Assembly: GCF_001194135.2 (NCBI RefSeq)
Contig: NC_068992.1
Location: forward strand, 5,418,681-5,482,680
Source: Octopus bimaculoides
Lineage: Eukaryota
DNA: 64,000 nt
Direction: 5' to 3'
Within the stretch, counting starts at the first letter, position 1. Every line of letters begins with the position of its first letter. A program made the translations under genes and the position numbers. Shown here in pieces: positions 25,495 to 37,620 of the stretch. Under the pieces are notes generated by a model. It saw nothing but the letters and a program-made list of their open reading frames with translations. It had not been told where the DNA came from and made no database searches.

Positions 25495-25620
25495 GAGAAT
25501 GTACGAAAAAACAACAACAGACGAGGACAGGTGGTGTAAACAACAAAAGGATGTATTAGTATGACACTCGGGAATACGGAAAGTCTTTAACGTTTCGAGC
25601 TACGCTCTTCAACAGAAAGA
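25492..25620 (-). mobile_element. Short element flanked by TA repeats with a minimal hammerhead-like motif at its 5' end
   Basis: 25620-25584 minus: UCUUU-CUGUUGA-A-GAGC(gua)GCUC-GAAA-CG-UU-AAAGA. The core has A6U. Confidence 0.55.
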
Positions 25621-26711
25621 ATACATATATATATGTACATAAAGAGAGGCTGGGAAAGAGGAAGGTTCAGACAAATACTGATGTGTGCGAGCTCGTGTAT
25701 TTGGAATCCATAGATTATTTGTTTATACATGTGAGCTGTTGTTAGTTAAGTACGTTAGATATGGTGCTTGCGATTGAGAATGGTTATATTTTTGTCTGTT
25801 TTCTGTCACAATTGTTAGATTAGTATTATATACCTCTTGTGCATCCCCATAATTTTCCGTAGATGGACAACTTATACCAATACCAAAACGGTAATATTAA
25901 ATTCTATTGCGAAAGATTTCCAAGATGCTCAGGTGTATTTATACTGATTCCACTCAAGTCTTTTGTTTTTTCATTATATTCATAGTGGTAATTAATGACG
26001 AGTGATAATCAAAATTCATCAATCATAATATAACTGTTGCTTATTATTAAATTCCTTTATATCTGCTCTGGACACAAGTTTCAAGCAAAAGCAGATCACA
26101 ACAATATTTTCGGTTCAATCTGTCTTTTGTCGAATAATTTATATTTTCAGTTTACGAGAATAAGATATGCCGGTTTGCGTCAAATCTGATAATGCCCAAT
26201 AATGATATCATCACTGAGCTGCTCTTTATTTTGATAGCAATAAAATGATTTTCAATTGAAGTATTTGAAACTATTTGTTTCTTTGATGATCAAATGTTTC
26301 CGAACTACTCATGTCGTATTTCGAGCGTTTATTGAAAACTTTTGAACTGAGTTTGCTTCCAACAATCCCATGATTCAAAGCAACATATTCATGGTGCCAT
26401 GTTGTCTGAATAGCATTGCGCGTAATATTTGCAGCCCTAATTTCAGAGACGGCATTTCCGGTGATTAATTCAATCTTGAATAATGCCAATTAAGAGGAAG
26501 AAAATATTTGCTAAAAGTTTGGTGGATAATCAATTCTTATCTTTAGAAAAGTAAGTTCTAATCAAGAAGCACAGAGTAACCCTGGGGAAGAGTCTAAACA
26601 TTTGTGGCCTTTAAACTTCTTCTAATAATTATTTCCACTATAGGCATAATGCTAAAATTTTACCTGAGAAACAACGCGATTACACGGACGCTATGATTCA
26701 GTAGTTAGTTA

Positions 26712-26772
26712 TTTTGCGGATCCCGAATGGTTGAAAGGCAAAGTCAACCTCAGCAGAATGTTAATTCAGAAA
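26712..26772 (-). mobile_element. Type B SINE internal fragment
   Basis: CCCGAATGGTTGAAAGGCAAAGTCAACCTCAGCAGAAT matches 54710-54750 and 60760-60800. Confidence 0.7.
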
Positions 26773-28589
26773 TTAAAACCGGAAGAAATGTTAAATTCTT
26801 TTCTTTTTTGTTTTTGCGGCATGCTAACTATTCTCCTTGCTCACTATAATTTAGCATTATTCTAAAAATAGACAGCTCATGGACATGCACTATGTGTTTT
26901 GTGCCCATTTCTTGGAAGAACATAAGCATTAGTTTCAATGTGTATTTGTTTTTTAATGTCATTATACGCACATGTAAACATTTCGCAGCAGGATATGGAC
27001 GTGTTTGACGTAAGTGTTTTAAGTATGGATTCAATGATTCACCATGGGAACTGGATTTTTCGAGGACGATCCTAAATGAAGATGTACAGCATAAATCGGG
27101 TATTGCATGAGTATATAAGGTAAATAACGTGATCATTGAAATGTTCTGCTTGCTTGTACATGAAACTTCCGGCAAAAGAGACATATGAATATGTTCTTGC
27201 ACTATGTTTTAAAAGACTATATTAAAGTTGGATACAGCAACAGCATATTGCACCACATGCCCTGAAAAATATACAAAAGAGAGCAAACGTGTGTGTACAT
27301 TTATAATGCGAAAAGCATACAGATAATCTTCTGACTGCTTTGAAAGAGCGTATACATGAATAGATATGACTACTAAAGTTCTTCAAATAATGTGATGTTG
27401 GTCGTTAATTTCATTGAACGTATATATCAAGGATGAGTTATAATACTATTCCACATATACAAAAACGGGTATACCAACAATCCAACTCACAACCATCATC
27501 AGCTGCCACACGGATATTATTATGCTTTCGACACCTGGGTAGTACCATTCAATCAGGCCGTATCAACAGAACTAAAATAAGTGTTGTTTGGGAACAAACA
27601 TACCAAAGAAACAACCACTTCCAAACATTTAACATATGGACAACAGCATTGGTAAATAAGTTCAATAAGTAAATCTGTAACCAACTCTTAAATATGTAAC
27701 TAAACAGCGACCAAATCTTTAAGTTGTGCACAAAATACTGCCTACAGTCTTCCACAGTATAATATATATTAGTGAACGCCTAATAACCACATTCATTCAA
27801 TTAGATATAGGCAGGATTAAACACTAGCTTTAAAATTAAACTACAACAAAGAAACACTTAAATCCATGTAAATCTGTTTCGGTATTAACAGTAAACATAC
27901 AATAACTAAATTATATACTAAATAGCAACCAGTCTTTAAGTCCATACAAATAATTATCCCACCAGTTTTCCATAGTTGCTACTACAATAAATTGTGCACG
28001 CTGTAAACATCATGCTAAATACGAGACTGATAATTCATTAATTTTATTGTTTGCAGGAATTTATGCTTCATTTTAGTATGACTGTTTCCTGATAAAGTGC
28101 GGATACATATACAGACATATACATATATATAGGGAAATAAATAAACGCACACACATATGTATGAATGTATATGTATGTATGTATATTTTTATATCTCTAT
28201 ATGCATGAGCATTCAAGTGTGTGTATATCAACGTAGGTATTCGTGCATTTTGTATGCGGTGGACTTGGCCAAGATTGTTTGAAATGCGATTAGGATATAC
28301 AATGAAATTATTTTATAAGCATTGCATGATCAAACAGATATAAAAGACCCTAGTTGGCATGATTTTTTTTTAAATAGTCACTCTCATTTCATCGCTTGAA
28401 AGGCCGTAATTAGTGACCATATCCCACTTAATTAGAAGTCACAGTTGTAATCACCATAATACGACACGTATACAAATTAGCAATCCTGAATAATACTTGA
28501 AAAACAAAATAGCTAAGAGGGGAGCTATATAGAACTTCCTTCTTCACTAAAAGCCAATGAAATAAGAATGTCTATTGAAAAGGCGACAA

Positions 28590-28650
28590 TACTGGCGGCA
28601 CCCCAGCTTGACCGCAGCCTTTGGCCCGAAGCGCAACAAATAACGAATAT
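28590..28650 (+). mobile_element. Type A-like SINE tail, diverged
   Basis: GGCGGCACCCCAGCTTGACCGCAG resembles GGCGGTG.TCCAGCATGGCCGCA at 57755. Confidence 0.45.
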
Positions 28651-28663
28651 ATATATACACACT

Positions 28664-28701
<38 letters not shown>

Positions 28702-29189
28702 ATTCATGTGTGTGTGGCTACGTATGTGTACGTGTGTGTGTATTTGTGTAGGTGTGTACGTGTATATAAATACATTCATTGAAAGCATGCATGCATATTT
28801 GTGCACATGTGCATAGACAAAATAAAATAATATATAGATATGTAGGAAAAAAATCGGCAACAATTCTAAAGGGATAAAATTTCAAATATTATTTCCTAGA
28901 TGTACATTCATTTTTCTTTTCTGGATTTTCTCCCTTGTTCATTGAATATCGATGTCATTGCCAAGCAGTATCTTGTCAGGAATTGCTTGTACAATCGTTA
29001 GAAGATTCTTTTTGGGCCTGGCAACACCTGGCATGTAGCATTTCCATAGCCATAAATCTAGAATTCTTCTTCTTTTAGAATTTTGTGAATTGATGTACAG
29101 GCACATACATGCACATACACACACGCGTATATATGTACACATTATTATATCTCTGTGTATGTGCATATTATGTCTGCACACCCATACAG

Positions 29190-29220
<31 letters not shown>

Positions 29221-30053
29221 AATGTGCATATATTAATAAATATATATATGTGTGCTTGTGTGTGTATGAGTTTGTGAATGTTACTATCTTTGCTGAGATA
29301 TGTACGCATATCTATATGTGTGTACACTCAGAGAATCCTGTTTCATGTGAAAATAACTGATATTTTGAAACACATTAACACTCTCTGCTTTCACCTACAT
29401 ATTGTTATTACTTTTATAACTTGGAGAAGTTACTGACATCTGTTTAACACTTTAAAAATAGTAAAAGCCATTCACATCATACTGGCATATGAAATAAACA
29501 TAAAATGGAGGAAAATATATCGGAAGACTTTCTTTCAAATCTCTTATTTGTTTACTGTCAGATATTTGTATGATGCCTGTCATGTGACTTAGACAAGCAA
29601 TGAAATTGAAATGTACAACGTTAATATCATAATTCATATCATTTTAACGTAGCTCAAAGAAATGGAGAAAAAATATATAGAAGTTTGTGAATAGTTTGGA
29701 TTCGCCTTCATTGAAAGAGAAACGTTATATCATAGACATATCACTACAGTATATCTAAAAATATATTGATTAAAACTGAAAATTGTAGGTTATGCACTAC
29801 TTGCTGATCAATGTTTACATGTTCTCCTGTAGATATTATATTCACCCAGAGACTAGAATCATTCAATTGTATTTCTTTATAATTATAACTGAAAAGCTAC
29901 CCCATCTATCGAACTCTACTATTAAACATCATTGTAATAATGAAGTGAATTTCTAGATTGTTTTCATTTTTTTGTAACTTTAACATTAAGGCACAATTGC
30001 AAATTCATCAGCCTGTATCGTGGAAAAGAAATGAAATCACTTTAGAATGATAG

Positions 30054-30055
<2 letters not shown>

Positions 30056-30105
<50 letters not shown>
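30056..30105. repeat. (CT)n microsatellite
   Basis: Direct tandem units running into a gap. Confidence 0.95.
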
Positions 30106-30410
30106 NNNNNNNNNNNNNNNNNNNNNNNNNNNNNNNNNNNNNNNNNNNNNNNNNNNNNNNNNNNNNNNNNNNNNNNNNNNNNNNNNNNNNNNNNNNNNNN
30201 NNNNNNNNNNNNNNNNNNNNNNNNNNNNNNNNNNNNNNNNNNNNNNNNNNNNNNNNNNNNNNNNNNNNNNNNNNNNNNNNNNNNNNNNNNNNNNNNNNNN
30301 NNNNNNNNNNNNNNNNNNNNNNNNNNNNNNNNNNNNNNNNNNNNNNNNNNNNNNNNNNNNNNNNNNNNNNNNNNNNNNNNNNNNNNNNNNNNNNNNNNTA
30401 TATATATACG

Positions 30411-30658
30411 TTCTTTTATTTTTTATTATTTTATTTGCTTCAGTCCTTTGACTGCGGCCATACTGGAATTCTGCATTTTAGCAGAATAAATCTATCCCAG
30501 GATTTATTCTTTGTAAGCCTAGAACTTATTCTATGTTTTTTTCCGAACCGCTAAGTTACGGGGACAAACATACACAAACACACACAAACACACCCCCACG
30601 CAGCCACACACATATATACGGCTTCTTTCAGTTTCCGTATACCAAATCCACTCACAAG
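30411..30658 (-). mobile_element. Type A SINE, 5'-truncated (no tRNA head)
   Basis: Reverse complement begins CTTGTGAGTGGATTTGGTATACGGAAACTGAAAGAAGCC and ends with the shared tail. Confidence 0.85.
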
Positions 30659-31098
30659 TGACGACTGTAGTTGGGCTTGTGTTAGAAGAATTTTCATTGA
30701 CTTGGGTTGTCTTTTGCTCTTTATGATAGTGTCCGTTTCGAGGATTTGATTCATTCTGTGGTCCCTTTTTAGTAAAGGAATGTTCTGGAGGATGGTGTCG
30801 ACGACTTCATTGTTAAGAGGGTTGTGTGTGGAGATGTATGGTAGAGTGTTTGGCTGTAAATCATTCTTTAGTTTTGGATGTCTGAGTTGGTGGCAGTTGA
30901 GTTGTAGGGCACGTTGAAAACCTGTATTAGTTAGTGATGGTGTGTAGTTCCTGCTGATGAGTGTACCCTTTAGTTCATGTTGTCGAGTGTTCCTTATGCT
31001 GGTATCAGATACTATAGTACAAATCCTTTATATTCATTCTCGTGTGTCAAAGGTGAGATGAATGGTAGATACTGCTTGGAAACCGTGGGCTTATAGTG
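30659..31098 (-). mobile_element. Penelope-like element RT C-terminal/thumb fragment
   Basis: HYKPTVSKQYLPF ... RICTIVSDTSIRNTRQHELKGTLISRNY ... TLPYISTHNPLNN ... IIKSKRQPKSMKILLTQA are PLE motifs (YKPT..YL; RIC; PF..TYNP; S.RQP.NLK). Stop-free for 123 codons from 31027. Confidence 0.85.
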
Positions 31099-32105
31099 AA
31101 ACTTTGCAAACGCATAACCATAATTATACCATAACATGTACATTATATCATTCGTTATTACAACCAAGCTCACGACATGCATGAAAGCAATATGAGTAAC
31201 GAATTATTAATTTTTCGTTTTTGAAATATTACTTATTCCTGCTCAGTGAGTTGAGTGGTAGATGCTGCCTACTTGCAGCAGAACTCATGTATGAGTGATG
31301 CTGTTATGAATCTGATTTATCTCTGCAGCATACCAAAATTCCTTTGACAATAAAAAAAAAAATAGAATCGAAGTTTTTGATTTGTATTAAGGACGGTTGC
31401 TTGTTTTTATGTCATGTGTTGCAGGGGAAATTGGCGTAAGTGTACATCATAATATAAACATTTGCGAAACATAACGAGCAAATAAGCAGGTATGTGTTAA
31501 ATGAAAAATTATATAGGAATAGTGTGTGTTGTCAGGGATATAAAAATAATAAACACAGAAAATCAGATTCACGCCCCTGTCAACGAAACCTAAATTTTCC
31601 TATCATTATTTCACCATAGGATTTATATGAAAATCGTCGTTCTGTATAATACCAATTGGCATATAATACATTTATGGTAATAAATTATGGTGTTGCTGCA
31701 TACCATATAAAACTATATATTGCGTCACAACTGCTCCAAAGTCAAGTTTCGAAGAAAGCATTTTAAGTTAATAATCAGCAAAATGTTTGTACTAAAATCA
31801 CTGCACTAATTTTATAATATATTTGGTAGCACATTCCCAAACGATTTGTAGTACAAATTTAAAATTCTATATTCTTTGGCAGATGTTTTCCTACAAATTT
31901 CCAGTAATTAACGTTAAGAATTTGATTTCTTCAGCAAATGCATATTAACAGTCCTGCTTAGATTCAAAGATATAGTTGAATCTTATCTGTCGATCACAAA
32001 TTCTTATACACGGAAATATTTCTGAATGCATATTCACAAGAAAAAAACATGCGAAAACTCACACACACATATAAACAAATAATACACACATATATGTATG
32101 GATAA

Positions 32106-32148
<43 letters not shown>

Positions 32149-32614
32149 ATAATATAACTAATATATAAATATTTGGATTTATCTACATACATACATATAT
32201 ATGTGTATATACATGCATATATGGGTACAGGTATGAAAAAACGCAGACACAATGTGAAAACGAAAACATAAAAACAAAAACGAACATTTTTCGAACAACG
32301 AAAAACAAACAAACAGAGAACCGAGACATGCAACATAAAGAACATACCCCTTCATCAGTTGTCACTGTTTCATCTACTCCGCGTTTCGAAGGTAAGGACA
32401 ATACGTATCTTCGTTGAAACAGTCCTTCCCGCGAAGCAAATAAAATAAATTTTGGGATTTTTTGCGGTGGGTGAAAGTGATAACAAAATCAGGACAGTGA
32501 GAAGAATTCAGTAAAAACATACGATGAGGGCTGCTGAGCCAAGTGGATGTGAAAAATTATGAACGCTGGAAAGACGAGCTATGAGAAGAGACAGGTAAAA
32601 GCACGCCTTGTCTT

Positions 32615-32667
<53 letters not shown>

Positions 32668-33820
32668 CATTATTGCAAAAAAAAGAGACAAATAGGTAGA
32701 TAACTACAAACATAAAATAATGATATAATATAGTTGCTACTATGCGTTTATACCAAACTTCCGTGAGAATTGCAAACTGTATATGAGAAATATCAATAAA
32801 AATTTTTATGCGTATTTTCTTTTACAGTTAAATTTTTTCTGCAAAAAAACATTCTTTTAACTGTTTGGTTATTGATATTTTGTGTTCTTTTACATATTTC
32901 GTATAATTTCTTCAGAGGAAAAAGTATTACAATATAGCGAATAGAAAGGAAAGATATTTTCGTTATTTTCCTTAAAAAACAAAGCTAAAGCTTAGTAGAA
33001 TATACAATAATCTATAATGTTTATCTTATTCATCAGAAGTTAACCATTGTGTTATTGGATTATTTTGTTGATTTCTGGATTGCATTTGTTCGATAAAGCA
33101 CTAGTGACAGGGGTAGTTGATAACTCATATGCTCAGCATGATGTACAGAAACAACACAACTTTATGGAACAAGACATAAGCTTTGCTTACCACAGGTTCG
33201 CTCTATAAAATATGTGAAAGTGTATTTGTGGAAATATTTGTGTGTATTTCACTAGGTACGTAAGGAAATTTTACTCCCACAAAGTATGTATATATATTTG
33301 ATTAGTCAAACAGTCGACTAGTCAAACAGTGCAACCGCCCTAACTACGGAACTTGCATTTAGCTTTTAGAGGGCTCAACATACAAATTTAAGTCGGGTCA
33401 AACTTTTTCGATAAAAAATCGCTTCACCTGTGCTTCGAAGACTTTAATATATGTTACATTTATTTATTACACACCGTAAATCCTTCTCTCTCTCTCTCTC
33501 TGTCTCTCTTTCTCTCTCACTGTTTCTCGCTCTCCTTCTCTATCTAAGGATTTATTTTTGAAATGAGATAAACTACCAAGGCTGTGTGCATTATAGTACA
33601 TTTATAAATAGGTCTTACTGATGTTTCCAGGAAATTTATTATGTCCCTTCATCGGAGACGGTGCGAAAGGATGGTTAAGCAATAGTTAATTTAGATAAGA
33701 TAGGAAATAGAGAGTGAATGCAGGGATATTGTATTTGTAAATCTATTGTTTAGGCAGAATGGTACACATATAAGATTCCAATATCTTGTGAGTAAAATCC
33801 AACAGTCTTTAAGATTGGTC

Positions 33821-34498
33821 ATATATATATATATATATATATATGTACGTATGTATATGCACATATACATGTATGTCTCTGTGTGTGTGTTTGTGTGTGC
33901 GTGTATGAACATGCCAGCATATACACACTTAAGCACACACACACACACACACACAAATTATCAAAAAATGAACATCGCAAAAATGAACACAAATATATTT
34001 CCTACATAGTCAAACAGCTTGTCAATATCTGGAAATTACAGACAATAAAAGTTTTAAATAAATTTACCATGGTAGCGAAACATATATTGTTGAAAAGAAT
34101 TCGTGGACTGAAAATAAAAACGATTGAATATCAAAAATATTGTAAAGTTATGAACTACATTGAGTACTGCATATAGTAATGTTTAAGTTCTGATTATGTA
34201 ATATATGATGTAAATGATAACTTTGGAAAGGAGAAATTATAAAAAGGGATTTTTTGAAGCAACAGTATTTTTATCAAAATAAAATCATTTTTGTACTGTG
34301 ACTCATTAGAATCAGAGATAATCCATAATTTCATTGGAAGAGAAGAAATATATATACATGGTGGGGGTGAATGTTTGTGTGTGTGTTTTGGTATGTATAT
34401 ATTGGCATGTTCATACACCCACACACAAACACACACCCATAGGTGTATGTGCATATACACGTGTATATATATATATATATATATATCTATATATATAT
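33821..34498. repeat. Inverted duplication: about 125-bp arms (33821-33955, 34374-34498) around a spacer of about 420 bp
   Basis: GTGTATGAACATGCCA (33901-33916) is the exact reverse complement of 34403-34418. The flanking GTATATGCACATA and TGTGTGTTTGTGTGTG are mirrored too. Confidence 0.8.
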
Positions 34499-34744
34499 NN
34501 NNNNNNNNNNNNNNNNNNNNNNNNNNNNNNNNNNNNNNNNNNNNNNNNNNNNNNNNNNNNNNNNNNNNNNNNNNNNNNNNNNNNNNNNNNNNNNNNNNNN
34601 NNNNNNNNNNNNNNNNNNNNNNNNNNNNNNNNNNNNNNNNNNNNNNNNNNNNNNNNNNNNNNNNNNNNNNNNNNNNNNNNNNNTATATATGTGTGTGTGT
34701 TTGTGTGTGTGTGTGTATATATATTTATATATATATATATATAT

Positions 34745-34745
34745 G

Positions 34746-34819
<74 letters not shown>

Positions 34820-34820
34820 C
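34745..34820. repeat. (GATA)n microsatellite
   Basis: Direct tandem units. Confidence 0.95.
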
Positions 34821-35632
34821 AGGGAGAGAGAGAAACAGTGAGAGAAAGAGAGAAGGATTGATGGTATCTAATAACTAAATGTATCTCTCACTCGCACGCT
34901 TTCTCCCTCTCTGTATCTACTTTTACACAATCACACAGACACACGCGCACACATACACACATGCTCAGATTTTTTGATACTTTTGACAAAAATCCAAGAT
35001 ATTGAATATTCCTCTGGACCATCCGCATCTCTGATTTAGATTTGTCTTCAAAACTCATTCCATGAGGTTTGAAATGTAAGCAGATTTTGCTGGTGACCGC
35101 TTCTGCTGAAATTGGAATTAGTAAAGATTGAAAAATCGATAGTAAATGTTGAGTTTAGTGAATGATTTAAAAGTTAGATCGATGGAAAAACATAACCACG
35201 ACAAGAATACCACACAGTTCCTTTCAAGTGCAATCAATGCAGCCTGTACTTTCCCACATGTGTTGGCCTCCCTGTATTCTCATCGATAATACGCTGTCAA
35301 CAAAGGAAAATCGATTCTTTGTAGGCACAGAATTCTCGGCTCCCGAGAATAATGGCCTGCTCCGCACACATATACATTCATCCCCACACCCATTTCTATA
35401 CGCATTTCTACATACTTATATATGTATACATACATATATACATTTTTTGAAAGAATATTTGCTTAGTATCTAAATACAAGGGGCATTTTCTTTGTTTCTG
35501 TTTTCTTCAAATAATGTGTGACAATTATATGAGAGAATTATTTTCATTAATCCAGCATCTTTGTTTTCAAGAAAACTTCCTTTTGAAGCACTGCATTTTT
35601 GACACATATCTTTGATAGAGTTTGTTTATTGT

Positions 35633-35991
35633 GGAGGCGCAATGGCCCAGTGGTTAGCACAGCGGACTCACGGTCATAGGATCGCGGTTTCGATTCCCAG
35701 GCCGGGCGTTGTGAGTGTTTATTGAGCGAAAACACCTAAAAGCTCTACGAGGCTCCGGCAGGGGATGGTGGTGAACGCTGCTGTACTCTTCCACCACAAC
35801 TTTCTCTCACTCTTACTTCCTGTTTCTGTTGTGCCTGTAATTCAAAGGGCCAGCCTTGTCCCACACTTTGTCACGCTGATTATCCCCGAGAACTTCGTTA
35901 AGGGTACACGTGGCTGTGGAGTGCTCAGCCACTTGCACGTTAATTTCAACTGGATCCCTCGACGTTGTAAGCGACGGAGTGCCAACAACAA
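35633..35991 (+). mobile_element. Type C tRNA-derived SINE, full length
   Basis: A-box TGGCCCAGTGG, B-box-like GTTTCGATTCC and a (CAA)n end. 14-bp TSD with 2 mismatches: AGTTTGTTTATTGT (35619-35632) / AGTTTGTTCATTAT (35992-36005). Confidence 0.9.
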
Positions 35992-37089
35992 AGTTTGTTC
36001 ATTATTATTATTATTATTTTAAGAAACTCCAACGTACAATAAAAGAAATCAATGGCACTATGTAACTATATGAGAAATCCCTGGTTAAGGAAGTTCGTGT
36101 AAATCGCCAAGTATAATGACTGAACTATCTTGAATATCTATTAAAAATATACTTTATGTACAGTAAGAAGGAAATAGGATGCGTTACGTTTCGAAACTTC
36201 TGTTAAATATTGTTGCTTTACTATAATTTAACTATATCTCACCACCAATATTAAATCCAGTATTGTAGCTGCATGGACTTTATCTCTAGCCAGAACTTGA
36301 TCTTATAATACGAGAGATTGCAAAAGATATGTTGAATATCCTAAGCTGATAAGAAATGATTATCCAGGATATGTGTTCTAGATGTCTGGTTCTAGATGTG
36401 AAGTTCACTATATGCTTCTTATCTTTGAAGTTATCATAAAATATGAAGAAATATATTGGTGAAATGGATAAACAGCCCTAAAACATTCAGGGAATCTATA
36501 GAGGCAATACTCTCTGATAGAGCAATTTCTTCAGACATGAAGTATTGTTAGAAAAGAACATTGGAAAAAACGAAATGTTCAAAGATGTTTTTTTTTTTTT
36601 ACATCTGATAACAATATACTATTAAATAGAAAAGAGAGATTCTCCAGATAACAACATCTGTAGCAGCGATATCAAAATGAATGAAATGAAACGCGAAAGC
36701 GTTATACCAAAATGCATATGTGTTTGGGAATAATTCACAAAAGCCCCAGCATAACCACTATAAAGTCCACAAACTTGTTATTGTAGAACTTCTGTATATA
36801 TTGCGTAATATTGAAACTGAAAAGCCAATCGTTTTATAAATATTACTGACTTCAAAAATTCGGGAGAGGTTTCATTTCTTAAAATAAAAGTGAGTATATA
36901 CGTATTGGATAACATACAGGAAATTCAGGAATTCAGAAAGACTATTCACGATTAGCCAAATTATTCCCTCTAAATAAGATTGTTGAATGTCATGAAGAAT
37001 GCTCAATATTAATAACTGCATCATAATGTATTTATATGTCCCAGCACAAATTGAAGTATGTATCGCAAGGATGAATTGTAGAAACTGGT

Positions 37090-37620
37090 AAAGGTTGTGA
37101 GAAGATATTGGGGTGGGAGGAAAATTTGAAAGTGGGAAATTGTAAGTCAGCAGCACCTGTATGGAATGTGTGACAACGGGAATAGTGCAAGGAGACGAGT
37201 AGTGGGATTGTGGGTTGGGTTGGAAAGAGTATTCCGAGAAAGAGACACGTGAAAAAGCGAATTTCGTGAATGCTAACATTGGACAACGGTGGCAGGACTA
37301 CAATGGTAGAGATTGTGATTTCTTTTGGTTGGGTAATATGAAAGAGGGAAATGAATTTTCGTATATTGTTCTGGTTAAAAGATAAAGATGTTTAATGTGC
37401 TGGTTAAAGGAGAGAGAGCAGGGACCAGTAAAGGATGGAAAAAAGAGTGTGGGCTTTAGGAATATGAGGATGTAGGGTGTGGATTTTTGAAAGAGTGAAG
37501 CGGAGTATGACATGAATAACAATTAGAAGAATAGAAGAGGAGAATACTGAAATATGGAGAGGGGGCTAGATAACCATACTGAGATTGAACCCATGTCAGA
37601 AAAGGTTGGCGTGAAATTAA
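37090..37620 (-). mobile_element. Possible heavily decayed Penelope-like RT remnant
   Basis: Strand-skewed block with minus-strand peptides AHTLFSILY, PTIPLLVSLHY, NIFSQPLP and HPC, in PLE order (H.K.SIPY; IPLVLTYHP; IF..PP; FPC). Weak. Confidence 0.35.

Noticed and set aside
27440-27800. A/C-rich block with KNGY and IIYISE peptides suggesting a PLE/GIY-YIG relic
   Set aside because: Motifs are too short and scattered over frames to support a call.
32340-32420. Minus-strand CTGATGA (32358-32352) with upstream GAAA motifs, inside a TA-flanked non-unique-looking block
   Set aside because: I could not build helices I and III in type I, II or III topology, and no GAAA follows a closable helix II.
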